NCBI GenBank assembly: GCA_963843145.1
Contig: CAWJJC010000006.1
Coordinates: 32,001 to 96,000, forward strand
Direction: 5' to 3'
Origin: an uncultured delta proteobacterium
Lineage (GTDB): Bacteria > Desulfobacterota > RBG-13-43-22
DNA: 64,000 bases
The position numbers were made by a program, and so were the translations under genes. The first letter of the stretch is position 1; each line of letters opens with the position of its first letter. Below are positions 9,745-18,805 of this stretch, piece by piece. The notes beneath the pieces are model-generated. The model did not search any database, had not been told where the DNA came from, and saw only the letters and a program-made list of their open reading frames with translations.

Positions 9745-12177
9745 TTATTGACTTTTAAATTCCAATACGAACCGGGTCCCCTTTCCCCGTTCAATCTTAA
9801 TGGTTCCATCGAGTTGTTTGGTCAGCATACCAACCAATCGAAGCCCAAACCCGCTGGAATGTTCGATATCCACGGTCCCTGGAATACCGTTCCCGTTGTC
9901 CTCGATAACCAACGTTACCCGTTGGTCTTGGATCGTGGCCGCTATGGTAATCAATCCCTCGTCCTGGCCAATGAAGGCATATTCCATGGCGTTCGTCAGG
10001 AGTTCGTTGACGATCATCCCCAAGAGAGACAATAGGTTAACACCGAGCACGAAATCATCGATCCGTGATTCGATTCTAATCGAAGATTGCTTGGGGGACA
10101 GGCCGATGATCTCCTCGACCAGGGGCGGGAGGTAGTCCTTGATCGACATCTCTCGTAAGTTCTCGGTGCGGTACAATCTGTCGTATAACACCTCCATGCT
10201 CTTCAAACGGCCCTTGGCGTCCTCTAATGCGACGGCGGCTTTCGGGTCTTCCAACGTACTTGGTTGCAGTGGGAGCAACCTCACCATGGTATTCAGGTTG
10301 TTTTTAATGCGGTGGCGGACCTCTTGAAAAAGGATTTCTTTTTCTTTCAGGAGCTGATTGATTTTCTCCTCGGCTTGTTTGCGTTCGGTGATGTCCTGGT
10401 GTGTCCCAAACATCATTAAAGGTTTCCCATCTTCAGTCCAAGCAGTCACTTGGCCCCGATCCAGGAACCAGACCCAGTGCCCGTCCTTATGCTTCATCCG
10501 GGCTTCAAACTCATAATAGTCAATCTCGCCCCGAAAATGCTTTTCCAACAACTCGCCACTAGCCTTCAGATCGTCCGGATGGGTGAATTTCATCCAGGTT
10601 TCAATCGATACCGGCGAGATCTCCTCCAGGGTGTAGCCAATGATTTCGGCCCAACGATGATTGAAGACGGTTTCCCCAGTTTGGACATTCCACTCCCAGG
10701 TCCCGACGTTGGTTCCCGTGATGATGCCGGCCAAGCGTAGGCGCTCTTCCCGCAGCGCCTCCTCGCCCCGCTTCCGTTCGGTGATGTCTTCGATAGCAGC
10801 CACCATTCCATATCCCTGTCCGTTCGGACCTAAGATCGGCGCCGCATTGATTGAGAGTAATACCTGTCGTCCGTCAGACCATTCAATGGCATGTTCCACC
10901 TCAAAAACCGGTCGCCCAGCGGCCATCACCCGTCGGAAAGGCAGATTCTCGTCGGGGAAAGACCTGCCATCAAAATGAGTGATATGCCGGTCAGGAGCAT
11001 CATAATTAAGTTGTGTGATTTGTTTCTTCGGCAATCCCAATATCGATTCCGCCCTTGGGTTGGCAAAGGTGATTTTTCCTTCCCGATCCAAAACCACAAT
11101 TCCCACCGGGCTGGTGTTGGCAATGGAGTTTAAGAGGCTGTGATCCCGGCGCAACGATTCCTGGGCCTCTTTGAGTTCCGCGGTATGGATTTCAACCCGC
11201 TCTTTTAAATAATTACCGAAGAAACCGGACAGGATATTCTCAATGTGTAGGTTGGACTCTCCTTTTCGATAAACCGAAACCACTGAGGCCAGGAAATAGA
11301 CGGCTCCAACGTATTGAGAAGATCTTCCTAACCAAGCTATAGGGGAACCGACCGCTTTTTGAAACCAGACGCCGAGAAGACCGATCCCCATCAAACTCAA
11401 GGCGATGGAATAAATTAAAATGAATAATTGACGGCTTCGTGTATAAAGTAAGATGAACAGGATGACCGTTATTTCATAGAACAGTATAGCCCCACCCAGA
11501 ACCCATTGTCTTATGAGTGTCGACCCTACTCGCGGGGTGAAAAATGTGGGTACCATATCCGCACTTGCCCCCCAAAAGAGAAAAATCAAACCGGCGGCAA
11601 TAATGGAATATACCGCAATAAGCTTTATCCTCCTGTTGCTGACGGTCAAACGCTGTTCCGTGAAAGAAAACGATAATATGGCGCAAATAAAATGAAACAG
11701 GCCACCAAGGAGGCTCCCTGTATTGTGAAGGATAACAGTGATATTCGGGTTATAGTCGATGGCTATGCCGCTTAGAAAACTACCCAACCCGTAAGAGATC
11801 ATACCGGAGCCTAATAAGAGAAAGGTCAGCACGCCTGTCTTTAAAAACATTATCGATACAAATACGGCTATGAGATAAGGAATGATGATAAGAAAGATTA
11901 GATTAAGGATAGGCAACAGCCAAACCGGTTCATATGCCTTATCCGGAAAAATTACCGAGGATAGGATGATCAGGACGCAAAAAATGAAAACAGGTGAAAC
12001 AAGGAGGCCAATTTTTAAGGGGGAAATTTTATCCTCAGACATTACTGGACTGGGAGGTTCCTGATTATCAGGGATTGGTCGTTCGGTCGCTTCCGATGTC
12101 ATAAAAAGGGGACTTTGTTTCATGACCTTCATTGAATTTTTAAGGGTTTGTAAATCATGATACATGGACGGGTTCAC
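9745..12177 (-). CDS. Multi-pass membrane sensor histidine kinase with two PAS/PAC domains (HisKA_2/HWE-type)
   Basis: About 8 hydrophobic segments, PAS domains, HRIKNNL H-box, NELLTNA, DNGNG, GFGL; start uncertain. Confidence 0.9.
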   Translation of the reverse strand: MNPSMYHDLQTLKNSMKVMKQSPLFMTSEATERPIPDNQEPPSPVMSEDKISPLKIGLLVSPVFIFCVLIILSSVIFPDKAYEPVWLLPILNLIFLIIIPYLIAVFVSIMFLKTGVLTFLLLGSGMISYGLGSFLSGIAIDYNPNITVILHNTGSLLGGLFHFICAILSFSFTEQRLTVSNRRIKLIAVYSIIAAGLIFLFWGASADMVPTFFTPRVGSTLIRQWVLGGAILFYEITVILFILLYTRSRQLFILIYSIALSLMGIGLLGVWFQKAVGSPIAWLGRSSQYVGAVYFLASVVSVYRKGESNLHIENILSGFFGNYLKERVEIHTAELKEAQESLRRDHSLLNSIANTSPVGIVVLDREGKITFANPRAESILGLPKKQITQLNYDAPDRHITHFDGRSFPDENLPFRRVMAAGRPVFEVEHAIEWSDGRQVLLSINAAPILGPNGQGYGMVAAIEDITERKRGEEALREERLRLAGIITGTNVGTWEWNVQTGETVFNHRWAEIIGYTLEEISPVSIETWMKFTHPDDLKASGELLEKHFRGEIDYYEFEARMKHKDGHWVWFLDRGQVTAWTEDGKPLMMFGTHQDITERKQAEEKINQLLKEKEILFQEVRHRIKNNLNTMVRLLPLQPSTLEDPKAAVALEDAKGRLKSMEVLYDRLYRTENLREMSIKDYLPPLVEEIIGLSPKQSSIRIESRIDDFVLGVNLLSLLGMIVNELLTNAMEYAFIGQDEGLITIAATIQDQRVTLVIEDNGNGIPGTVDIEHSSGFGLRLVGMLTKQLDGTIKIERGKGTRFVLEFKSQ

Positions 12178-12689
12178 TGATTTTGTTTAAATCGCACTAT
12201 TTATATCAATGACCCTATGTTCCCAAGATAAGGAAACAAAGATATAAAATATAAATGAACACCTGCAAACATCGGTCCAATTGAAGAGATCAATGATGGT
12301 TATCTCTTCATGAGGATTTACCGCTGGGGAATCTCGCAGAAACCTTTAAATTTGTAATTATATCGTAGACAATTAAGCGGAAAAGTAAATTGAAAAACAA
12401 CGGTTAGCGTTTGGAATATCGTCTCTTTTTAAAAATAGAAGTTTAGGACTACAGGAAGAACTTGCCGATATCACTAGAAAAATTACTCATGACCCACGAT
12501 TTTTCTCTTCCACCTACTAATGTTTACTTTGAGATATCTCCAAAATCAGGGATCACGGTTAAGGTTCTGACGTTGAAGGGCCCTTTGATCCCCAACGGCG
12601 TCCAGGGGGATGTCAGCCTGGTCTGGGAACGGATGCCTGAAGCACAACCAGATGTAGGGATTGGAGCTTTAGTTTCCTCCTCGGGACCC

Positions 12690-12972
12690 CCAACAACAAG
12701 GGCTTTGAGATCGGTGAAGCCTGTTACCCGGTGAGTTGGCAGGCCCGGTGGATCAAAACGGCTGACCGCCTGGCGGCCAGGGCGGAAGAAGCCTTGGCCG
12801 CCGGCCATAAGATCAGCGCCTGCAGGCAATTGCAGCGGACTTTCTAACTACCGCGCCGGTATTATCTCGATGCTCCCTGATGACGCCCGCGTCAAGAAAA
12901 TGGCTCAGCGCGGGCGCAGTTTGCTCCAAAAGGCCGGGGCGCTGATGGATCCGCCCCCGGAATATTTCGAGG
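12690..12972 (+). pseudogene. Alpha/beta-hydrolase N-terminal remnant
   Basis: Joined frames give EIGEACY..SWQARWIKTADRLAARAEEALAAGHKISA...SNYRAGIISMLPDD...KAGALMDPPPEYFE, with a frameshift near 12843; truncated before the catalytic domain. Confidence 0.55.
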
Positions 12973-13033
12973 CTCCTTCCTCTTCGACTGGCTGGATGAG
13001 GGTTTTAAGTAAAACGACCCCGACTGGTTCCTT

Positions 13034-14314
13034 TTATTCCTCCAGCATGGCCGTCGCCCCTACTTTGGTCCGTAGGGCCGTCCATTCGGCCTGGGTGATG
13101 GCGGCGTCTTCGCCTTTCATTTTATTGATGATTTCGTAATAGTCGAGTTGATGTTTATCCTTTTTGACTTCGGCCGCCGGCTTGCACTTGATCGCATAAA
13201 CCGTCTGGATGGACTGATGGTCCCAGGGACGCCAGTATTGCTCGTCCTTTAAGCCGATATATTTGTGGTCCTCCAGGGTTTTGATCACCGTCGCGGTATC
13301 AAAACTCTTCGCCCTTTCCACCGCTTCTTTATACTGGTACATGATGATGTAAGCGGAAGCGCCCGAAGTGGAAGGATAACGCTTGAATTTTTCCTCAAAC
13401 TTTTTTACAAAGGCCACCCCCTTGGGGAAGTTTTCCTGAATCGGGATCTTCCAATACCAAGGGGTGGCGCTGATTACTCCCTCCATGGCCTCTGGCCCCG
13501 CCCCTTCTGCCATGTCGATCGTCATGTTCGGCACAACCAACTGAACCTTTTTCTTCAGTCCCAGGTCGAAGGCCTGTTTGACACAAATTTCCATATCCTT
13601 CCCAAATAACACCAGGATGAGCACATCCGGATTGGCCTCCTTGGCCAGGTTCAAGACGTTGGTGAAATCGCTGGTCCCTAGCTTCGTCAGAATGCCTTTG
13701 TGCTGGTCCTTATCCGTGGTACCGGTATACTGCCGGAAAACCTCCTCGGTGGTCCACCCCCAGGTATAATCGGCGGTTATGTAGAAGAACTTCTTCCCTC
13801 CGAAATTCTTTTTCAGATAGGCCGAAGTTACCTTAGCGGCCATCCGAGAATCGTAACATTCCCGGAATATGTATTTGTGGCCCTCTTCCCCCGTAGTTTC
13901 AGTGGAATAGGTCAAGGTGCCGAAGAAGATTTTCTTTTTGTCTTTAGCAACTTTTCCCGAGGCAATGGCTACAGCGCTGGAGGAGCCCCCAAATATCATT
14001 TGGGCGCCGTCCTTATCAAAAAGTTCCACAGCGTTCACTTTGGCCACCTTAGCATTGCTTTTGCTATCCCGGTAGGCCAGTTTAACTTTTTTCCCTAAAA
14101 TACCTCCGGCCGCGTTGATTTCTTCCAGGGCCATATCCGCCGCCCGGCGCTGGTCCAGTCCCTGTTTGGCGTAGGGGCCGGTTTCGGGATAATTCAGACC
14201 AATGACTATGCCGTCATCGGCCGCTGCACTGGATGAGACCGGGTTCAAAACCAGACCCATAAGGCCGAAGAAAAGCATGACCACAAAAATACTCAGGGTT
14301 TGTTTTTTTTTCAT
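13034..14314 (-). CDS. Periplasmic substrate-binding protein, LivK/branched-chain amino acid type
   Basis: Signal peptide MKKKQ..., EEINAAGGILG, GGSSSAVA, DYTWG; RBS AGGAGGG before ATG 14314. Confidence 0.9.
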   Translation of the reverse strand: MKKKQTLSIFVVMLFFGLMGLVLNPVSSSAAADDGIVIGLNYPETGPYAKQGLDQRRAADMALEEINAAGGILGKKVKLAYRDSKSNAKVAKVNAVELFDKDGAQMIFGGSSSAVAIASGKVAKDKKKIFFGTLTYSTETTGEEGHKYIFRECYDSRMAAKVTSAYLKKNFGGKKFFYITADYTWGWTTEEVFRQYTGTTDKDQHKGILTKLGTSDFTNVLNLAKEANPDVLILVLFGKDMEICVKQAFDLGLKKKVQLVVPNMTIDMAEGAGPEAMEGVISATPWYWKIPIQENFPKGVAFVKKFEEKFKRYPSTSGASAYIIMYQYKEAVERAKSFDTATVIKTLEDHKYIGLKDEQYWRPWDHQSIQTVYAIKCKPAAEVKKDKHQLDYYEIINKMKGEDAAITQAEWTALRTKVGATAMLEE

Positions 14315-14383
14315 GGTTCCCTCCTTGGAATTGATTGGGGCTGCCAATCGATTTTTGGTTGGTCCTGATTTCTGGCTTTGGGC

Positions 14384-16849
14384 TTAGACTTTAAGCAGGT
14401 CCTCTTCCTCAAAAGGGATAACCTGTGAGGGGTTGACCTCGAAAGAGCCGGATTTGTTTTTCTTTTTCTCGGTCCGGCCGGCCGCGTTTTTACTGCCTGG
14501 ATGAACTTTCGCGATCAGCAAAGGTTTCCTATCCGCAGCGGGGATAGCTTTCAGGTTGGCCGCCGATCCTTGGCCGTTTTTTTTGCCGACCAGGACAAAA
14601 AGATCGTTCACGAACTCTTTCATTGTTTTCGCTTGGGAATTCATTTCCTCGGCCGCTTCGGCGGACTGTTGGGCACTGAGGGCATTTTTCTGAACCACAC
14701 GGTCCATTTCCGCTACCGCCTTATTGATCTGCTCGATACCCTGAGTCTGTTCGGAAGAGGCCTGGGCGATATCGTTCACCCCATTGCTCACCTGTTGGGC
14801 CTTCTGGGCTACTCGTCCAAAGTCTTCATTGGTTTGATGGACGATTTCCGAACCGTTCTTTATCTTGAGGACGGTTTCTTCGATCAGACCGGCCGTGCTT
14901 TTGGCGGCCTCTGCCGCCCTGAGGGCCAGGTTGCGGACCTCATTGGCCACCACGGCGAACCCGGCCCCCGCCTCCCCGGCCCGGGCCGCCTCGACGGCGG
15001 CGTTCAGAGCCAGCAGATTGGTTTGAAAAGCAATGTCATCGATCGTTTTAATGATCTTTCCCGTCTCCTGGTTGGCTAGCGTGATTTCGTTCATTGACCG
15101 GGTCAGCTCATTCATGGAGACATTGGCTTCCTCCACGACTTTGGCGGTTTCCTTCATCAGGCTGTTGGCTTGATGAGCCGACCCGGCATTCTGTTTGGTC
15201 ATCGAGGCCATTTCTTCCATAGAGGAAGAGGTTTCTTCAATTCCCGCCGCCTGGGCGGAGGCGCCTACGGCCAACGATCGGCTCTCCGATAAGACCTGCG
15301 CCGAGGCCGAGGCCATCCGTTCCGCACCCTCGGTAAGCCCCTCGATGACCCTGGTGATCGGCCGGGTGATGGAGCGGCTGATGCCCAGGCTCATCAGCAC
15401 GGCCACGGCGCCGATCAGCACTCCGATGACGATGACCATGGTCAGGTTTCTCTGAGCCGCCCGGTTCAGGGCCAGGACCACATTTTCTTGGTTCACCCCG
15501 GCCAGTGAAACTTCCTTCTTACTTTCTTCGATCTGTTTGGCCACAATCCCACGCACCTGGCCGTTCAGCTTCTCGAGTTCTTCCGTGCTCTGAATGGCGG
15601 CCTTTACTTTTTCGGCAACCCCTTCCGAACCTACAAAAGAGGCCTTGACGCCGGACAAGGTGTTGTTATAGGCCGCAACTATTTTTAACTCGTTGGGGTG
15701 ATTTCCTTTCTTGAGCAGCGCGCTCAGTTTCTGCCCGGAATTATTGGCTTCCTGGAACAAGTTGGAAACAGTGGCTACCTGCTGACTGAAATCATTCATG
15801 TCTTTGGCGTGCAGGCAACTGTTGAGATAGGTCACCAGGGAGGCGCTCAATAGGGACAATCCCGAGGACAAGGATAAAACCTGGTTGGTATTTCCCAACG
15901 AGTCGAGGTTTCTGGACATCTCGTCGGTATTGCTCTTCAGTTGGGCGTTGCCATTATTGATTTCTTTTTCAACGGCCGGCAACAAATAGGATATCTCGTA
16001 ACCTATTTCCTTGGCCAGACCCTCGATTTTCTCTTTCTGCTTATCGTCCTCGTCACTGATATTCCTGAGCTGCAATGAGGCCAGTCCTTTGTTCCCGGCT
16101 ATCTTTTCATTAAAGGCGGCTATTTTCCGGGAAATCTCGTTAACCCGCTGATCCATTCCCTTGACGCTTTTTACTGCCTGGACGGCGTTCTTAATGATTC
16201 CGGTCGCATTATCCCTCATGACGGCCACGGAGCGCTTATCCGCGGTTGCCGGAATTTTGGCAATGAGTAGGTTCAGATCTTTCAGACTATCCCTAACGAC
16301 GAGAAAACTATTGAGCTGTTGGTTCGAGGCCAGCAAATTGTCCACCCCTTTAACCACGGTGCTGGAACTGCTCTTCTGCAAGCCTCGCAGGAGGTTGTCC
16401 AATTGATTCAAGGCCTCCTTGAGCTTCTCTTGAATGGGCTTGGAGTCCGCGAAGGCTTTTCCCCAGGCATTCAGCTTCCGTTCGGTATTATTCTGAATAT
16501 CCTTGGTAATATTGGAAATGGTTTTGTCCTCACTGCCGGAAACGGCCTTAATCTTGTCGAGTTCGGCGGTAGTCTTGTTGAGCTGGGCCAGGGATTCCGA
16601 AGCGCTCGTCACCGAAGTTTTATACTCCTCCAGGGTCTTGGTGGACGAAAGATGAACCAGATTGGTGGTATGGGCCTGAAGCGCCCGTTGTTGATTCAGG
16701 GCCCTTAATTGGTAAGGTGTTGTTTTTTGGGTCAGTTCCTGAATGTTCTGGTTGACTATCCTGGCGCTGATGAGGGCTGAAATGATGATAATGGCTATGG
16801 CGACCAAGACTACGGCGGCATTTAAGGAAAGTTTCGTTTTAATTCTCAT
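14384..16849 (-). CDS. Methyl-accepting chemotaxis protein with large periplasmic domain
   Basis: Two TM helices flanking a ~430-aa helical region; [30 protein letters not shown] signalling hairpin. Confidence 0.95.
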   Translation of the reverse strand: MRIKTKLSLNAAVVLVAIAIIIISALISARIVNQNIQELTQKTTPYQLRALNQQRALQAHTTNLVHLSSTKTLEEYKTSVTSASESLAQLNKTTAELDKIKAVSGSEDKTISNITKDIQNNTERKLNAWGKAFADSKPIQEKLKEALNQLDNLLRGLQKSSSSTVVKGVDNLLASNQQLNSFLVVRDSLKDLNLLIAKIPATADKRSVAVMRDNATGIIKNAVQAVKSVKGMDQRVNEISRKIAAFNEKIAGNKGLASLQLRNISDEDDKQKEKIEGLAKEIGYEISYLLPAVEKEINNGNAQLKSNTDEMSRNLDSLGNTNQVLSLSSGLSLLSASLVTYLNSCLHAKDMNDFSQQVATVSNLFQEANNSGQKLSALLKKGNHPNELKIVAAYNNTLSGVKASFVGSEGVAEKVKAAIQSTEELEKLNGQVRGIVAKQIEESKKEVSLAGVNQENVVLALNRAAQRNLTMVIVIGVLIGAVAVLMSLGISRSITRPITRVIEGLTEGAERMASASAQVLSESRSLAVGASAQAAGIEETSSSMEEMASMTKQNAGSAHQANSLMKETAKVVEEANVSMNELTRSMNEITLANQETGKIIKTIDDIAFQTNLLALNAAVEAARAGEAGAGFAVVANEVRNLALRAAEAAKSTAGLIEETVLKIKNGSEIVHQTNEDFGRVAQKAQQVSNGVNDIAQASSEQTQGIEQINKAVAEMDRVVQKNALSAQQSAEAAEEMNSQAKTMKEFVNDLFVLVGKKNGQGSAANLKAIPAADRKPLLIAKVHPGSKNAAGRTEKKKNKSGSFEVNPSQVIPFEEEDLLKV

Positions 16850-16935
16850 GACGCGCTCCCTTCTTCAAGCCTACCTGATGGGACTAGTTGTCCAACTTAT
16901 CGATTTTTTTTAATTACAACTTTAAAAAAAAATTT

Positions 16936-17334
16936 GTCCTCTCCAATTGCGTCATCAATCTCGCGCCAGATAAAAAACAGGTATTTCAAGAGGCCCTGCG
17001 GGTCCTGAAGCCTGGAGGAAGGTTGATGATCTCCGATATTGTCTGGCTTCAAGAAATCCCCCAGGCCATTCGGGAGTCGGCCGGGGCTTATGTGGCCTGT
17101 TTATCCGGAGCGGTCAGGCGGGAGGAGTATCTAGCCGCTATTCAAGCCGCCGGGTTTGAGGAGGTGCGCGTGGTCGGTGAAACCCCGGTCCCTGGGGATC
17201 TCTTTCAAGGCGACCCGCTGGGGCAGACCATTATGGAGCAGTTGAACCTTTCTCCTGAGCAATTGCAGGCCGGAATCCGTTCCATAGCCAGTGTGAAAGT
17301 GGAGGCTCATAGACCGGTAGCTGCTTTAAAATGA
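16936..17334 (+). pseudogene. arsM: Arsenite methyltransferase C-terminal fragment
   Basis: VLSNCVINLAPDKKQVFQEALRVLKPGGRLMISDIV...AYVACLSGA; the SAM-binding N-terminal half is missing. Confidence 0.75.
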
Positions 17335-17353
17335 AAAAAGGGGCAAAAGTATT

Positions 17354-18805
17354 TTATTTGTTCTTTTCCCTTGTCCCTTTTTGTTGGTTTTTGAATGGAA
17401 GCGGTCTCGGGGGGTGGTTCTCATCAAGGCCTTGGTTTTTTGGGGGGAGGGTTCTTTCTATTCCGGTTGTTCCAGCGACGGTCCCGCCCTTCGGCGGCCG
17501 GGTACTGATCATTCCCCGGGCTTCCTGTCTAAGACCCGGCAACCGGTATCCAAACCCCAGGCCAGCCATCACGCCTACAACCCCGCCGAGGGCTACGGTG
17601 ATCGGAGCCCCTAGATGGTGGGCCATGGCCCCGGCCAGGAGCGCTCCGAACGGGGCCATGCCCATGAACATCATCGAATAGACGGACATGACCCGTCCGC
17701 GCAACTTGTCCGGGACCATGGATTGAATGAGGGTGTTAGAGGCGGCCATTTCCGCCATCAGGCAGAAACCCACCGGCAAAAGAAGGGCCGCGGAAAGCCA
17801 GAACCATCGGGACAGGGAAAACAGGATGAGGCTGACTCCAAAACCGGTGGCCGAAAAACTGACCCAGCGCCCCAGACCACGCACCTCCCGCCGCGCCGCG
17901 AGAAGTAACGCGGATATCAGGGCGCCCACCCCGGAGGCTCCCATCAACAGGCCTAGCCCTCGAGCCCCGCCGTGCAGGATGCGATCGGCGAAGATCGGCA
18001 TGAGCACGACATACGGCATTCCCAGGAGACTGATCAGTCCGAGTAAGATCAACAAGGCCCGAATCGGCCCCGTCCTTCCGACATAGCGAAAACCGTCGAT
18101 GATGCTGTGCAGCGCCGAGTCGGTCTGGGGAACTCGGGTCGGGAAATCGATCTTCATCAGCAGCAGCCCGGCAATGACCGCCAGGTAGCTGACGGCATTG
18201 GCGAAAAAACACCACCCTTCACCGATACTAGCCACTAACAGGCCTCCTACGGCCGGACCGACAATGCGCGCCCCATTAAACATCGAAGAATTCAAGGCAA
18301 TGGCGTTCAGAAGGTCTTCTCGCCCAACCATATCCATCAGAAAAGCCTGTCGGGTTGGTATGTCAAAGGCATTCACCACGCCGAGCAGAGAGGCGATCAT
18401 AAACACCTCCCAGACCTGCACTCTTTGAGTCAGGCTCAGCGCCGCCAGGAAAAAGGCTAAGAGCATGGAGGCCGCTTGCGTCATCACCAGAATGCGATGG
18501 CGGTTATGTCTATCGGCCACCGCACCGCCGATGGAAGCGAGCAGAAAAACCGGAATTTGACCGGCAAAACCGACGAAACCCAACCAGGCCGCCGAATCGG
18601 TTAATCGGTAGACCAGCCAGGATTGTGCTATCCACTGCATCCAGGTGCCGGTAAGCGAAATGAACTGCCCTCCGAAAAAAAGCCGGAAATTCCGGTGTCG
18701 GAAGGCTCTTAAGACCAAGGAACCTCGCGACCCGGAGGACGCCGGCCGCCCGGAGCTATTGGTGTTCTCGAGGGTCTTTTCTGAATTGATTGAATTCAAG
18801 GTCAA
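17354..18805 (-). CDS. MFS transporter (DHA3/macrolide efflux-like)
   Basis: FRHRNFRLFFGGQFISLTGTWMQ, GAVADRHNR, about 12 TM segments. Confidence 0.92.
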   Translation of the reverse strand: MTLNSINSEKTLENTNSSGRPASSGSRGSLVLRAFRHRNFRLFFGGQFISLTGTWMQWIAQSWLVYRLTDSAAWLGFVGFAGQIPVFLLASIGGAVADRHNRHRILVMTQAASMLLAFFLAALSLTQRVQVWEVFMIASLLGVVNAFDIPTRQAFLMDMVGREDLLNAIALNSSMFNGARIVGPAVGGLLVASIGEGWCFFANAVSYLAVIAGLLLMKIDFPTRVPQTDSALHSIIDGFRYVGRTGPIRALLILLGLISLLGMPYVVLMPIFADRILHGGARGLGLLMGASGVGALISALLLAARREVRGLGRWVSFSATGFGVSLILFSLSRWFWLSAALLLPVGFCLMAEMAASNTLIQSMVPDKLRGRVMSVYSMMFMGMAPFGALLAGAMAHHLGAPITVALGGVVGVMAGLGFGYRLPGLRQEARGMISTRPPKGGTVAGTTGIERTLPPKNQGLDENHPPRPLPFKNQQKGTREKNK

